Shown: piece by piece, positions 29,189-38,336 of the stretch | How positions within the stretch are numbered: the first letter of the stretch is position 1 | How the letters are laid out: each line of letters begins with the position of its first letter | Assembly (NCBI GenBank): GCA_023246195.1 | Contig: JAHFIW010000001.1 | Coordinates: 974-64,973, forward strand | Direction: 5' to 3' | Length of the DNA: 64,000 bases | Source of the DNA: a bacterium | Lineage (GTDB): Bacteria > Patescibacteriota > Patescibacteriia > SG8-24 | Position numbers and translations under genes: made by a program | Notes under the pieces: model-generated | What the model was told of the DNA's origin: nothing | The model's database searches: none | What the model saw: only the letters and a program-made list of their open reading frames with translations

Positions 29189-30979
29189 TCAATTAGTCCG
29201 CTCTGGGGTAATCTGCAGATATTGTAACAGGTATTTGGCAATGTCTCCAAAAAGCGGCGCGGCAGAAGACTCCGCCCATTGGACATCCTTGGGATTGTCC
29301 AGCTCGACCACGATGACGAAAGCGGGATTGTCCACGGGTGCGAAACCGGCAAAGGAGCCTATGGTGACGCCCTTGATGTAGCCATGACCGTCAGGGCTTG
29401 GTACCTGGGCAGTACCGGTCTTGCCGGCAACGAAGTACCCGGGCACTGCGGCCTTCTTGCCATGGCCCTTCTCGACCACGCTGACCAGCATGCCGCTCAC
29501 CAATGCGGCGGCGCGTTTGGTGATGACCTGACGGATGACCTCCGGCTCCGTTTTCTCTATCGAACCGTCAGAATGGGTGATGCTGCCGACCACGTAGGGC
29601 TTCATCAGCTTGCCGCCGTTGGCGATGGTGGCGTAGGCCGAAGCCATCTGCAGCGGCGTAACGGTGAGTCCCTGACCGAACGAAGCCGTGGCAGTCCAGA
29701 TGTCGCCCTTCTTCCGCAGCGGCTCGATGTTGCCGCTCGACTCGGTATCAAGATCGATGCCGGTGGGGCTGCCAAAACCGAAGGCTTCGACGTATTTGAG
29801 AAACTGCTGCGAACCCACCAGGTTCGAGGCGAAGATGGTGCCGGTGTTGAGCGACTCGTCCAGTACCTGCGTCATCGTCTGCAAACCATGCGCCTTGAGA
29901 TCAGAGTTCCTAATGGTATACGGACCGATCTTGACGTTGCCCGAATCGACGTACGTGGAGTTGGGAGTGACTTTTCCCGAGTCGATGGCCGCAGACATGA
30001 TGACGGCCTTGAAGATGGAGCCGGGCTCGTAGGCCGAAAAGATGGCGCGGTCATTGAACGCGCCGACGTCGGTGACGGTGGAGAGGTCGTTGGGATCAAA
30101 ATCCGGGATATTGCAGACGGCCATGACGGCACCGGTCTTTGGATCCATGACGATGGCCGAACCGGAGTCGGCACTGTGCTTGGTGACGGCCTCGCGCAAC
30201 TTGGAACAGGTCACGTACTGGATGTTGCGGTCGATGGTCAGCGTCAAGTCGTCACCGTCCTTGGCGGCGACGAAACGGTTTGCTCCGCCGATGAGGTTGC
30301 CGAGCGAATCATCGGCAGTAGCCAGGGCGGCGGAAGTTCCCGAGAGTTCCGCCTCCCAATGCCCCTCGATGCCATAACGGCCTACGCGCTTTCCCGCGTC
30401 GTCGGATCCGTAAAATCCGACAACCTGCGCGAACGAGGACTTCTCCGGATAATAGCGGTACTTCAACGGATCGAACCCGATGCCCGCCAGGTTGAGCGCC
30501 TTGACCTGCTCGACGAGACTGTCCTCCGCCTTCGGCTTAAGCGGGACGTAGGGGCTGTCCTTGCGTGACAGTTTTTCCAACAGCGTCGGCACGTCAATTG
30601 CCAGCAGCGGCGCGAGCGCGTTCGCGGCCTCGACAGGATTCTTCACGGCACGAGTGTTGGCATAAACGGTGAAAAGCGTCTTGTTGACGGCTACGGGAAA
30701 CTTGCCGTCGGGCGACTTGGGATCAAGCGCGTAGATGGTGCCGCGGTCAGGCACGAAATTGGAATAGCGATCACGTTGACTGGCCGCGAGATCGGAATAG
30801 AACTTATTCGAAAGCACCTGCAGCACGAACAGCCTCCAACCGATCGCCGCCATGGCCAGCATGATGACGGCCTGCAGCACAAAAAACCGTCGATCCTCCG
30901 AAGAGGCGGCCGGTGCCGTGCGCGAACGCGCGTGCGATTGCGCGGATCGCGGTCGAATGTGCGGCAGGTGAGAGTTCAT
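29189..30979 (-). CDS. ftsI: Peptidoglycan D,D-transpeptidase FtsI / penicillin-binding protein 2-like.
   Basis: TM helix FVLQAVIMLAMAAIGWRLFVL, PBP dimerisation domain, and transpeptidase motifs SIFK (SxxK), SNL/SDN-like and KTGT (KTGTAQV). Start taken at MNSHLPH, immediately after the upstream stop. Confidence 0.85.
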   Translation of the reverse strand: MNSHLPHIRPRSAQSHARSRTAPAASSEDRRFFVLQAVIMLAMAAIGWRLFVLQVLSNKFYSDLAASQRDRYSNFVPDRGTIYALDPKSPDGKFPVAVNKTLFTVYANTRAVKNPVEAANALAPLLAIDVPTLLEKLSRKDSPYVPLKPKAEDSLVEQVKALNLAGIGFDPLKYRYYPEKSSFAQVVGFYGSDDAGKRVGRYGIEGHWEAELSGTSAALATADDSLGNLIGGANRFVAAKDGDDLTLTIDRNIQYVTCSKLREAVTKHSADSGSAIVMDPKTGAVMAVCNIPDFDPNDLSTVTDVGAFNDRAIFSAYEPGSIFKAVIMSAAIDSGKVTPNSTYVDSGNVKIGPYTIRNSDLKAHGLQTMTQVLDESLNTGTIFASNLVGSQQFLKYVEAFGFGSPTGIDLDTESSGNIEPLRKKGDIWTATASFGQGLTVTPLQMASAYATIANGGKLMKPYVVGSITHSDGSIEKTEPEVIRQVITKRAAALVSGMLVSVVEKGHGKKAAVPGYFVAGKTGTAQVPSPDGHGYIKGVTIGSFAGFAPVDNPAFVIVVELDNPKDVQWAESSAAPLFGDIAKYLLQYLQITPERTN

Positions 30980-32271
30980 TTGCACGTTCCGTTGTCCTTG
31001 GTGATGCCGAAGTCGAACAGCCTGCCCGGACCGTTGGGATTGCAACCGGCCTGGACTTCGTCTCCGTCCGAAACGCCATCGCCGTCAGTGTCGGGATTGC
31101 GAGGGTCAGTCCCGTAAAAGGCCTCGAGCGCATTCGAAAGGCCGTCATGGTCGGGGTCGGCCTGAGGGCCGTTCATGTCTGCAAACGAGCCCGCACTCTC
31201 AGACGGGGCCGAAACGCGCTGCACCGCGCCGATCTTGGCCAGGGGCAGATGCTCATGCAGGCCGGAGAGCAGCGACAGGACGATGGAGGTGACGTCGGTG
31301 ACGTCGTTCGATCCGACTTCGACGGCGCCGCCCTGATTGAAGTTCGAAAAACGGAAGTCCGCAGTGAGGTCCCCCCGCCTGAGACTGTCATCGACGCGCA
31401 GATCGAACGAGGCGCGATACAAGTAATAGTCACGGCTCCCGATCCAGAAATCGCAGTCCTTCAACTTCATGCCGGCAAACAGCGACTTGGCGACGGAGCG
31501 CTCCGCGTCGGTCAGCGCGCGGCCCAGGCGTGCCGCCTCGACCTTCTCGTAAAAATCCTCGATCAGGAGGTTGTCGGCATCGGTACCCACCTTGTAGTGA
31601 TGCACCTTTGCGCCGTCGATGACCTCGTCCGGCAATCGCTGAATGACCTGAAAGAACGAGGTTTTGCGGAACTGAACGGCCAGCGACGACGCGTCCGCGT
31701 CGGACATCGGCGAATATCCCTCGCCGATCAGGGGAATCGAAAGCAGGGCGAGCATGCGTTGCCGCTCAAGCTGCAGCCAACGATCACGGAATTGCCCAAA
31801 CTGCACCACGCCAATGCGGTCGGGCAACGCGGTGAAGTGCAGGAAGTCGATGTCGCCCTCTCGGACGTAGTCTCCGGCAAAGTCGAGCTTGGGCTCAGTG
31901 CCGACAGACAGCTGAAACTGCTGCCGCGACTTGAGGGCATTGTGGTCGCTCATGTTGACGGTGCCGCCCGAATGCCAGGTAAGCGTCTCGGGAACGCTCT
32001 GATAGGCGCCGTCGGAACTCTTCTGTGCCGAAGCGCCCGCGTACGACACGTCAGCGACGACGTCGACCGACTTCAACGTGAGCATCTTGCCCTGCATGTA
32101 GCGGATGATTTCCGATGACCACGGCAAGGCGAACAGCAGCAGCAGAAGAATCGCGGCAAAAGCAGTCGCCACGAACGAAACGATGATGGTGAGCAGGACG
32201 TACGCGTTGGCATACCACGGAACAGCGCCGACACGCGCGTCTTGCTGCCCGTCATTGCTGAAAGACTCCAT
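30976..32271 (-). CDS. Hypothetical membrane-anchored protein with C-terminal thrombospondin-type-3-like Ca-binding Asp repeats.
   Basis: 431 aa. TM helix YVLLTIIVSFVATAFAAILLLLLF. C-terminal DPDHDGLSNALE...DPRNPDTDGDGVSDGDE. Abuts ftsI. Confidence 0.6.
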   Translation of the reverse strand: MESFSNDGQQDARVGAVPWYANAYVLLTIIVSFVATAFAAILLLLLFALPWSSEIIRYMQGKMLTLKSVDVVADVSYAGASAQKSSDGAYQSVPETLTWHSGGTVNMSDHNALKSRQQFQLSVGTEPKLDFAGDYVREGDIDFLHFTALPDRIGVVQFGQFRDRWLQLERQRMLALLSIPLIGEGYSPMSDADASSLAVQFRKTSFFQVIQRLPDEVIDGAKVHHYKVGTDADNLLIEDFYEKVEAARLGRALTDAERSVAKSLFAGMKLKDCDFWIGSRDYYLYRASFDLRVDDSLRRGDLTADFRFSNFNQGGAVEVGSNDVTDVTSIVLSLLSGLHEHLPLAKIGAVQRVSAPSESAGSFADMNGPQADPDHDGLSNALEAFYGTDPRNPDTDGDGVSDGDEVQAGCNPNGPGRLFDFGITKDNGTCK

Positions 32272-32274
32272 AGG

Positions 32275-33258
32275 TCACTTGATCGGTTTCTTGAACGCCG
32301 TCAGGATTTCGGAGTACGGGTGGACGTCTGCGGGCGAAGTCACTTCTATCGGCGTACCCCACGAAGTGAACTTGATCACCATGCTGAAATGATTGGCGTC
32401 GTTGCCGGCCTTCGCGCCGATATCGCGTGAAGCCACGGTGAGCCGCATCTGCGCCAGTTCTTCGCTCTGGGAATTGATCCAGACTTCGAGGGCCACGCTG
32501 CGCGTCGCCATGTCATCGGCGACCTGCTTGAGTTCATCGGCGGATAACGACCGGCCCAACAGCAGGCTCTTGAGGTCCTGGCTGAAGGTGACCAGCGCTG
32601 CCGGCTGGATTGGCAGCACAAAGCGCTGCACCGGCATGGTGGTGAATTCCGTGAGCGCCAATTGCGTCGGCGTGCCGAAAAAATCCGGACTGACGAGTTC
32701 CTTGCGCAAGGTCTGCCAAGTAGCCGCCGGACGAGTGCCGGTGGGATTGCTGGCATCCGCCGCGGGCTGCGGCGAGTCGCGCGTGATCAGCGAGGCCAGC
32801 GTGCGAGCGTCCATCGCGAACCACTTGCCATCGACCAGCCTTACCACGGAGGCCGACGTCGGAGCAGAAGGAAGGTTGGATAACTTGGCAAAGGCCCTGC
32901 CGTCCTGCAAGGCACTGACGTCGAACGTGAGGTCCTTGCCGCCTTCGCCCTGACCTACCAGCACGAACGTGCCCTTGCCGCTGGGCGGCTTGCCTTTGGG
33001 AAGATTCACGCCGCCCTGACCGACGAAAACGATGGGCAACAGCAACGCGTGAGGGTCCCCGCCCGCAGCACTGATGGCCGACGACGGCATGAAGGTGCCG
33101 ATGGTCGCGGCTCCCATGAACGACACGTCGCCGTCGAGCTTCTGCAACGCCGCCACGACGACCTTCTCCGGCCGCGCATTAAAGAGCATGGTCGGCACGA
33201 TTGCGCCGACGGCCATGAGAACGAAGGCGGCGATTATGACGCGTCGAGACTTTTCCAT
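32275..33258 (-). CDS. Hypothetical membrane-anchored protein.
   Basis: 327 aa with N-terminal TM helix VIIAAFVLMAVGAIVPTMLF. Lies 3 nt from the next gene. Confidence 0.55.
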   Translation of the reverse strand: MEKSRRVIIAAFVLMAVGAIVPTMLFNARPEKVVVAALQKLDGDVSFMGAATIGTFMPSSAISAAGGDPHALLLPIVFVGQGGVNLPKGKPPSGKGTFVLVGQGEGGKDLTFDVSALQDGRAFAKLSNLPSAPTSASVVRLVDGKWFAMDARTLASLITRDSPQPAADASNPTGTRPAATWQTLRKELVSPDFFGTPTQLALTEFTTMPVQRFVLPIQPAALVTFSQDLKSLLLGRSLSADELKQVADDMATRSVALEVWINSQSEELAQMRLTVASRDIGAKAGNDANHFSMVIKFTSWGTPIEVTSPADVHPYSEILTAFKKPIK

Positions 33259-33265
33259 ACACGGG

Positions 33266-34543
33266 CTATTTTTTTGTCAGATATTTTTTTCCCTTGAGAC
33301 GCGGCGGGAGGAAATCCTGCTGCTTGTCGGGAGCATCGGGCGTGTAGACGTAGCCCTTGCCGTAGCCGACGTCCTTCATGAGCGAGGTGACGCCGTTGCG
33401 GATGTGCAGCGGCACCGGATCGTTCGGCGCTTCGGCAATGTCCTTCTTCACTTCACCGTAGGCCCGATAGACTTCCACGGACTTCGGCGCGCGGGCCATG
33501 TACACGACGCACTGCGCCAAAATGACATCGCACTCCGGCATGCCGATCTGGTGTGCGGCCTGGAAGGCCGCAGTCGCCTGCACCAACGCATTCGGATCAG
33601 CCAAGCCGATATCTTCCGAGGCGAAGCGGACCAAGCGGCGCGCGACGTACAACGGGTCGTCACCGGCCTGAAGCATCCGCCCGAGCCAGTAGAGAGCCGC
33701 ATCGGCATCGCTGCCGCGCATGCTCTTATGCAGCGCCGAGATGACGTTGAAGTGCTGTTCGCCGTCCTTGTCGTAGAGAACGTGCGAGCGCTTGAGGATT
33801 TTTGCCGCATCCTCACGCCGTAAGACTACCACGCCGGAAGCACCCGCGTCGACGGCGTTTTTGCGCGCGCCGGCGACCGTGTTGGCGGCCAATTCCAGCG
33901 CGTTCAGGGCGCTGCGGGCATCGCCGTCGGCAATCTCGGCGATCATGCGCAGCGTTTCTTCGTCGCACCCTATCCGCCCGGCAAGTCCGCGCGGCGCCAG
34001 CAGCGCACGACCGAGCAGCGACACGATGTCATCGACTTCGAGCTTGTGCAGCACGAAGACGCGGCTACGCGACAATAAGGCCGAGTTCACCTCGAAGGAA
34101 GGGTTTTCCGTAGTGGCGCCGATCAACGTGACCGTGCCATCTTCCACGTAGGGCAAAAAGGCATCCTGCTGCGCCTTGTTCCAACGATGGATTTCGTCGA
34201 TGAAGACGATGGTGCGGGTACCGGTCAGCTTAACCCTGTCGATGGCATCGGCCACGACCTCCCGCAGCTCGGCCACGCCGCTCGACGTCGCCAGCATCGA
34301 CACGAAGCGCGACTTGGTCAGAGAGGCCACGACGCGAGCCAGCGTAGTCTTGCCCGTCCCCGGTGGCCCCCAAAGGATCATCGAAGGCACTTCGTCGGCC
34401 TCAATCAACCCGCGCAAAGCGCTCCCCTCGCCCACCAGTTCGCGCTGCCCCACGAACTCCTCAAGAGTCTCGGGCCGCATCCGGTCAGCCAAAGGGGCAT
34501 CCTTCAAACGCTGCTGTCTGGCCTTAAAGTCGAACAGGTCCAT
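33266..34543 (-). CDS. rarA: Replication-associated recombination protein A (MgsA/RarA AAA+ ATPase).
   Basis: 425 aa. Contains MILWGPPGTGKTTLARV, VFIDEIHRWNKAQQDAFLP and the MgsA C-terminal helical domain. Confidence 0.9.
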   Translation of the reverse strand: MDLFDFKARQQRLKDAPLADRMRPETLEEFVGQRELVGEGSALRGLIEADEVPSMILWGPPGTGKTTLARVVASLTKSRFVSMLATSSGVAELREVVADAIDRVKLTGTRTIVFIDEIHRWNKAQQDAFLPYVEDGTVTLIGATTENPSFEVNSALLSRSRVFVLHKLEVDDIVSLLGRALLAPRGLAGRIGCDEETLRMIAEIADGDARSALNALELAANTVAGARKNAVDAGASGVVVLRREDAAKILKRSHVLYDKDGEQHFNVISALHKSMRGSDADAALYWLGRMLQAGDDPLYVARRLVRFASEDIGLADPNALVQATAAFQAAHQIGMPECDVILAQCVVYMARAPKSVEVYRAYGEVKKDIAEAPNDPVPLHIRNGVTSLMKDVGYGKGYVYTPDAPDKQQDFLPPRLKGKKYLTKK

Positions 34544-34582
34544 ATGCGGGCATTCTACGGGTTATGCGCGAAAGAGTGTAGT

Positions 34583-34644
34583 GGGGTCAGGCTTGGGATG
34601 TGGGGTCTTACGATCAAGAAATCACACGTCCCAAGCCTGACCCC
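34583..34644. promoter_or_regulatory. 16-bp perfect inverted repeat (possible operator or RNA stem-loop) in the rarA/HMG-CoA-reductase divergent intergenic region.
   Basis: GGGGTCAGGCTTGGGA-(30 nt)-TCCCAAGCCTGACCCC; arms at 34583-34598 and 34629-34644. Confidence 0.5.
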
Positions 34645-34723
34645 GATTGACACCATGCCCGGATGATGGTATTTTTTTGCGTCCGTCCGGCATCGTCGCC
34701 GCTCGGAAACAGGAAGAAATACG

Positions 34724-35887
34724 ATGGATGACAAGCGCCCTGCTAAGAAGAGCTCTCGCACCGGCCTCAAAACGTTCGACCATCCGGCAGGACGGCTGAC
34801 GTTCCTTCGGCTCCGGGGCCACGACGTCGGCGGTCTTCCCGGCTTCCAGCGCGCGGAGGACGCCTCGATGCGCCTCACCGAGAATGCCGTCACTTCGTTC
34901 CCGGTACCGATCGGCATCGCGGAGAACTTCATCATCAACGACGCGGAACGGCTCGTCACCATGGCGACCGAAGAACGTTCGGTGGTGGCAGCGGCATCGT
35001 ATGCGGCCAAGCTCTGCCGGGAGACTGGCGGGTTCAGGACGACCGTCAGCGACAACGTTACGCGGGGTCAGGTCTTCTACGGCCCGTCATCGTTTGAAAA
35101 CGCCCGCATGTCCGCTCGGGACGCCGCAGCTGCAATCAACAAACGCTCACGCGAGCTCATCGCGCAACTCATCGCCGCCGATGACCCGATGACGAAGCAC
35201 GGAGGCGGTGCCTACGACATCTCCGCATGCAGACACGCGCAACGCGGTGACGCGCTTGTCGTTTCCCTCACGGTAAACGTCGCCGACGCCATGGGGGCGA
35301 GCGTCGTGACGCGAATGGGCGAAACGCTTGCCGTCATCCTCGAGCCCCTGCTCGGCATCAGGCCGACTACGGTAATCTGCTCCAACGAAGCGCAGGGTTC
35401 GACGGTGCGAGTGACGGCGGAGTGGCCGACGGCACCGTTCGGCGAGCGCCTGCTCGCGCGGATCATCGAGTTGCAGTCATGGGCCGACGCGGACAAGCGC
35501 CGCGCAGTGACGCACAACAAGGGCATCATGAACGGCGTCAGCGCCGTCTGCCTGGCGACCGGACAGGACGTCCGCGCCGTTGAGGCGGCCGCCCATGCCG
35601 CCGCGACGGATGAGACGCTGCACTACAGGCCGTTCACCGCATGGCACTGGCTGCACGGAGACCGCACCATCAGAGGCATGCTCAAGCTCTGCGTTCCGCT
35701 CGGTACCGTCGGCGGCGCGACCAGTCACCCGACGGCCGCGTGGTGCCGGAAGCTCATGGGAGTCGAGAACGTTTCCGATCTCGCCGCCATCGTCGGGGCA
35801 GTCGGTCTGGCGCAGAACTTCGCCGCGCTTCGCTCGCTGGCCGACGAAGGCATCACCGAAGCGCGTCGCCGAGCCTGCGAAAAATGA
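34724..35887 (+). CDS. mvaA: Hydroxymethylglutaryl-CoA reductase, class II.
   Basis: 387 aa. Contains DAMGASVVTRMGE (the DAMGAN motif), PLGTVGGATSHP (the GTVGG motif) and ENFIIND. Confidence 0.8.
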   Translation: MDDKRPAKKSSRTGLKTFDHPAGRLTFLRLRGHDVGGLPGFQRAEDASMRLTENAVTSFPVPIGIAENFIINDAERLVTMATEERSVVAAASYAAKLCRETGGFRTTVSDNVTRGQVFYGPSSFENARMSARDAAAAINKRSRELIAQLIAADDPMTKHGGGAYDISACRHAQRGDALVVSLTVNVADAMGASVVTRMGETLAVILEPLLGIRPTTVICSNEAQGSTVRVTAEWPTAPFGERLLARIIELQSWADADKRRAVTHNKGIMNGVSAVCLATGQDVRAVEAAAHAAATDETLHYRPFTAWHWLHGDRTIRGMLKLCVPLGTVGGATSHPTAAWCRKLMGVENVSDLAAIVGAVGLAQNFAALRSLADEGITEARRRACEK

Positions 35888-35888
35888 A

Positions 35889-35927
35889 GGCTTGGCCGTC
35901 CATCTGGGCGGCCTTTCTTTTTTTTCG
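35889..35927 (+). terminator. Rho-independent terminator after the HMG-CoA reductase gene.
   Basis: Hairpin ggccgtcca-tct-gggcggcc followed by tttcttttttttc. Confidence 0.6.
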
Positions 35928-35975
35928 GATATTGTTTAGGGTGAGCGTGCTCTTTGCAACGAAAGGCGACAGGCA

Positions 35976-36668
35976 ATGCACGCAAAAGATGAACCCCAAG
36001 ACCCGGTCGACGACACGGTCGTCGTCGGCGACGAAACCGTGCCCGCAACCATCGCGTCCGCGAAGACGCCGCCCGAAGGGCCGAACGACTTCGAGATGGC
36101 GAATACCAAGCCGCCCGTGAAGGGATACTTCATCAGGCATCGCACGCTAAAGCAGCTCCCCGGAATCTTCGTCGGCATCATGGCCATCGCGGTGCTCTGC
36201 TCCGGCACGCTCGGATACGTCCTCGGCAAAAGAGGCGGAAGGACGGTTACCGTCACCGCCTCGACGAACATGACGTCACGCGAAGCCGTTGCCAGGCGCA
36301 ACGTGGTCTGGCGAGTGCTCAATCACGATGGCGCCGCCCTGCCCGATTCCCCCGAGAAGCATCTCGGCCAAGCCATCGACGCGCTGATCGGAAAAGATTC
36401 CGACATCGAGACGCGACAAGCCGGTTTCACCGCCTTCATCCGAAAGACCGCCCCCTACTTCGACGAAGCCCAGAGCGAAGCCGTCACGCAAGCCCTGACC
36501 GAAGGCACCTCGGCGCAAGTCGCGGAAGCCTTCAGCCAAATCGTCACCGTCGACGGAGAAGCCAGCGACCTCCTGCGCGGCGTCATGGCGGACAAAAACC
36601 GCATCAACAGCGTCGTCGCCGGCAAAAGAGTGCCGCTCGAAACCATGCCCGACGGCAGCATGCCGTAA
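35976..36668 (+). CDS. Hypothetical membrane-anchored protein.
   Basis: 230-aa ORF with TM helix LPGIFVGIMAIAVLCSGTLGYVLG. An alternative start lies at 36096. A terminator follows. Confidence 0.5.
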   Translation: MHAKDEPQDPVDDTVVVGDETVPATIASAKTPPEGPNDFEMANTKPPVKGYFIRHRTLKQLPGIFVGIMAIAVLCSGTLGYVLGKRGGRTVTVTASTNMTSREAVARRNVVWRVLNHDGAALPDSPEKHLGQAIDALIGKDSDIETRQAGFTAFIRKTAPYFDEAQSEAVTQALTEGTSAQVAEAFSQIVTVDGEASDLLRGVMADKNRINSVVAGKRVPLETMPDGSMP

Positions 36669-36678
36669 CCTTTCCCAC

Positions 36679-36704
36679 ACGCCCTCCGGGGCGTTTTTCT
36701 TTTG
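36679..36704 (+). terminator. Rho-independent terminator.
   Basis: acgccctccggggcgt followed by ttttcttttg. Confidence 0.6.
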
Positions 36705-36759
36705 CACAGCCTTCAACCCTTGCCATATCCCGAAGATTGCCCTATCCTAATGGCACTGT

Positions 36760-36834
36760 CGGGGCGTAGCACAGTGGTAGTGCGCTCGGTTCGGGACCGA
36801 GAGGCCGGAGGTTCAATCCCTCTCGCCCCGACCA
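36760..36834 (+). tRNA. tRNA-Pro (anticodon CGG)
   Basis: Cloverleaf: acceptor CGGGGCG/CGCCCCG with the C1:G72 pair typical of bacterial tRNA-Pro, D-arm GCAC-AGTGGTA-GTGC, anticodon arm CTCGG-TTCGGGA-CCGAG, T-arm GGAGG-TTCAATC-CCTCT, encoded CCA. Confidence 0.85.
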
Positions 36835-36840
36835 TATCTG

Positions 36841-36868
36841 AAACATCCGCCTAAAGCGGATGTTTTTG
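36841..36868 (+). terminator. Rho-independent terminator after tRNA-Pro.
   Basis: aacatccgc-ctaaa-gcggatgtt followed by tttg. Confidence 0.65.
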
Positions 36869-36952
36869 TCATTACGGCCGTGCAGCAGCAAAAATATCGG
36901 ATGACGTTTCCCGTGAAACAAAAACCCCCGGAAAAAACCGAGGGCAAGCTTT

Positions 36953-37582
36953 TTACTCGACCAGCACCAGCCAGGTGCCGCCTGATCCGAGCGGCGCGCC
37001 GATGGGCAGCACCCACGGCAACAGCCTGATGAGACCGCGCATCTCGGCGTACTTTTCCTCGTCGCCCTGAGAGACATAGGCGGCGCCGTAGGCGACCGCC
37101 AGGGATGCGCCGTAGGCGACATCGTGCGCGAGCGTGTAATGGACCGAATCGAGAAAGTCCCCGTGAGAACGTCGCGTCGCGGCCACGAGATCCTGACAGA
37201 GGCATGACCACAGCCGGTCATACAGGCTCGTCAGCGCTTCCTCGCCGTGCGCGGCCACGAAGTCGTCGCGACGCCGACAACGCAGGGACAATGCCAGAAA
37301 CGACTCGTACGCATCTTCGTGATGAATGCCGTCGCCGAGCTTGTCGGTCTTGGCAGAGACGGCGATGATGCCGGAAACTTCCTCGCGACTGGCGCTGGCG
37401 ATGGCCTTGGCGACGCTGGCCTCATTGAGTCTCGAAGACTCGGAGAGTCGCAACACGCCATCTTCGGCGATGCGGCAAAGCGGTTCGACGTCGCGCATGA
37501 AGCGATGCACGAGCCTGTTTCCGGAATCCGGCGTGACCAACCTGATCAAATCGGCACGAGACACTGTCATGGAGCACCTCAC
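36953..37582 (-). CDS. Hypothetical protein.
   Basis: 209-aa ORF with protein-like composition and no recognised domain. Confidence 0.45.
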   Translation of the reverse strand: MRCSMTVSRADLIRLVTPDSGNRLVHRFMRDVEPLCRIAEDGVLRLSESSRLNEASVAKAIASASREEVSGIIAVSAKTDKLGDGIHHEDAYESFLALSLRCRRRDDFVAAHGEEALTSLYDRLWSCLCQDLVAATRRSHGDFLDSVHYTLAHDVAYGASLAVAYGAAYVSQGDEEKYAEMRGLIRLLPWVLPIGAPLGSGGTWLVLVE

Positions 37583-37699
37583 TAATCAAAGAACCCTCCC
37601 TATTGTCGCCGTTACTCGGCAAACGCGCAACTGCATCGCCTTTCCCCTATTTGCCCGCATCCTCTATACTGGACGCATACTCACTCGCCTCAACCGATT

Positions 37700-38326
37700 A
37701 TGCAGCCCGAAATCCACTCATTCGTGAAAGAAGCGCTCGCACGCGACATTTCGCGGACCGACATCAAGGCGGCGCTCGGCAAGGCCGGCTGGCAAGACGA
37801 CGAGATCGCCTCGGCGCTCGACATGTATGCCGAAATGCCGTTCGCCATTCCGGTACCCAAACGCAAGCCGTATCTTTCGGCGCGCGAGGCGTTCATCTAC
37901 CTGCTGCTGTTCGTCTGCCTGTACATCAGCGCCTTCAACTTCGGCGCGCTGCTGTTTGATTTCATCAACCGCTGGCTGCCGGACGCCACGCAATACCTCG
38001 GAGACGACCTCGTTGCCATCCGCATGTCGGTAGCATCGCTGATCGTGGCCTTCCCGCTATACCTGTGGCTTTCGTCCATCATGATGAAAGCCGTCCGCAA
38101 GGACAACGAAAAGCGCGCATCCAAGATCCGCAAGTGGCTCACCTACATCACGCTGTTCGTGGCCGCAGGGGTCATCATCGGCGACCTGATCACGCTGCTG
38201 TTCAACCTGCTCGGCGGCGAACTGACGCTGCGCTTCGCGTTCAAGGTGCTCACGGTGCTGCTGATTGCCGGCCTGATCTTCGGCTACTACCTATGGGACC
38301 TGCGCCAGGAAGAAAAGGAAGCCTAA
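37700..38326 (+). CDS. Hypothetical four-TM membrane protein.
   Basis: 208 aa with a soluble N-terminus followed by 4 hydrophobic helices. Lies 10 nt upstream of the pilin-like gene. Confidence 0.55.
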   Translation: MQPEIHSFVKEALARDISRTDIKAALGKAGWQDDEIASALDMYAEMPFAIPVPKRKPYLSAREAFIYLLLFVCLYISAFNFGALLFDFINRWLPDATQYLGDDLVAIRMSVASLIVAFPLYLWLSSIMMKAVRKDNEKRASKIRKWLTYITLFVAAGVIIGDLITLLFNLLGGELTLRFAFKVLTVLLIAGLIFGYYLWDLRQEEKEA

Positions 38327-38336
38327 TCGCGCGCCT

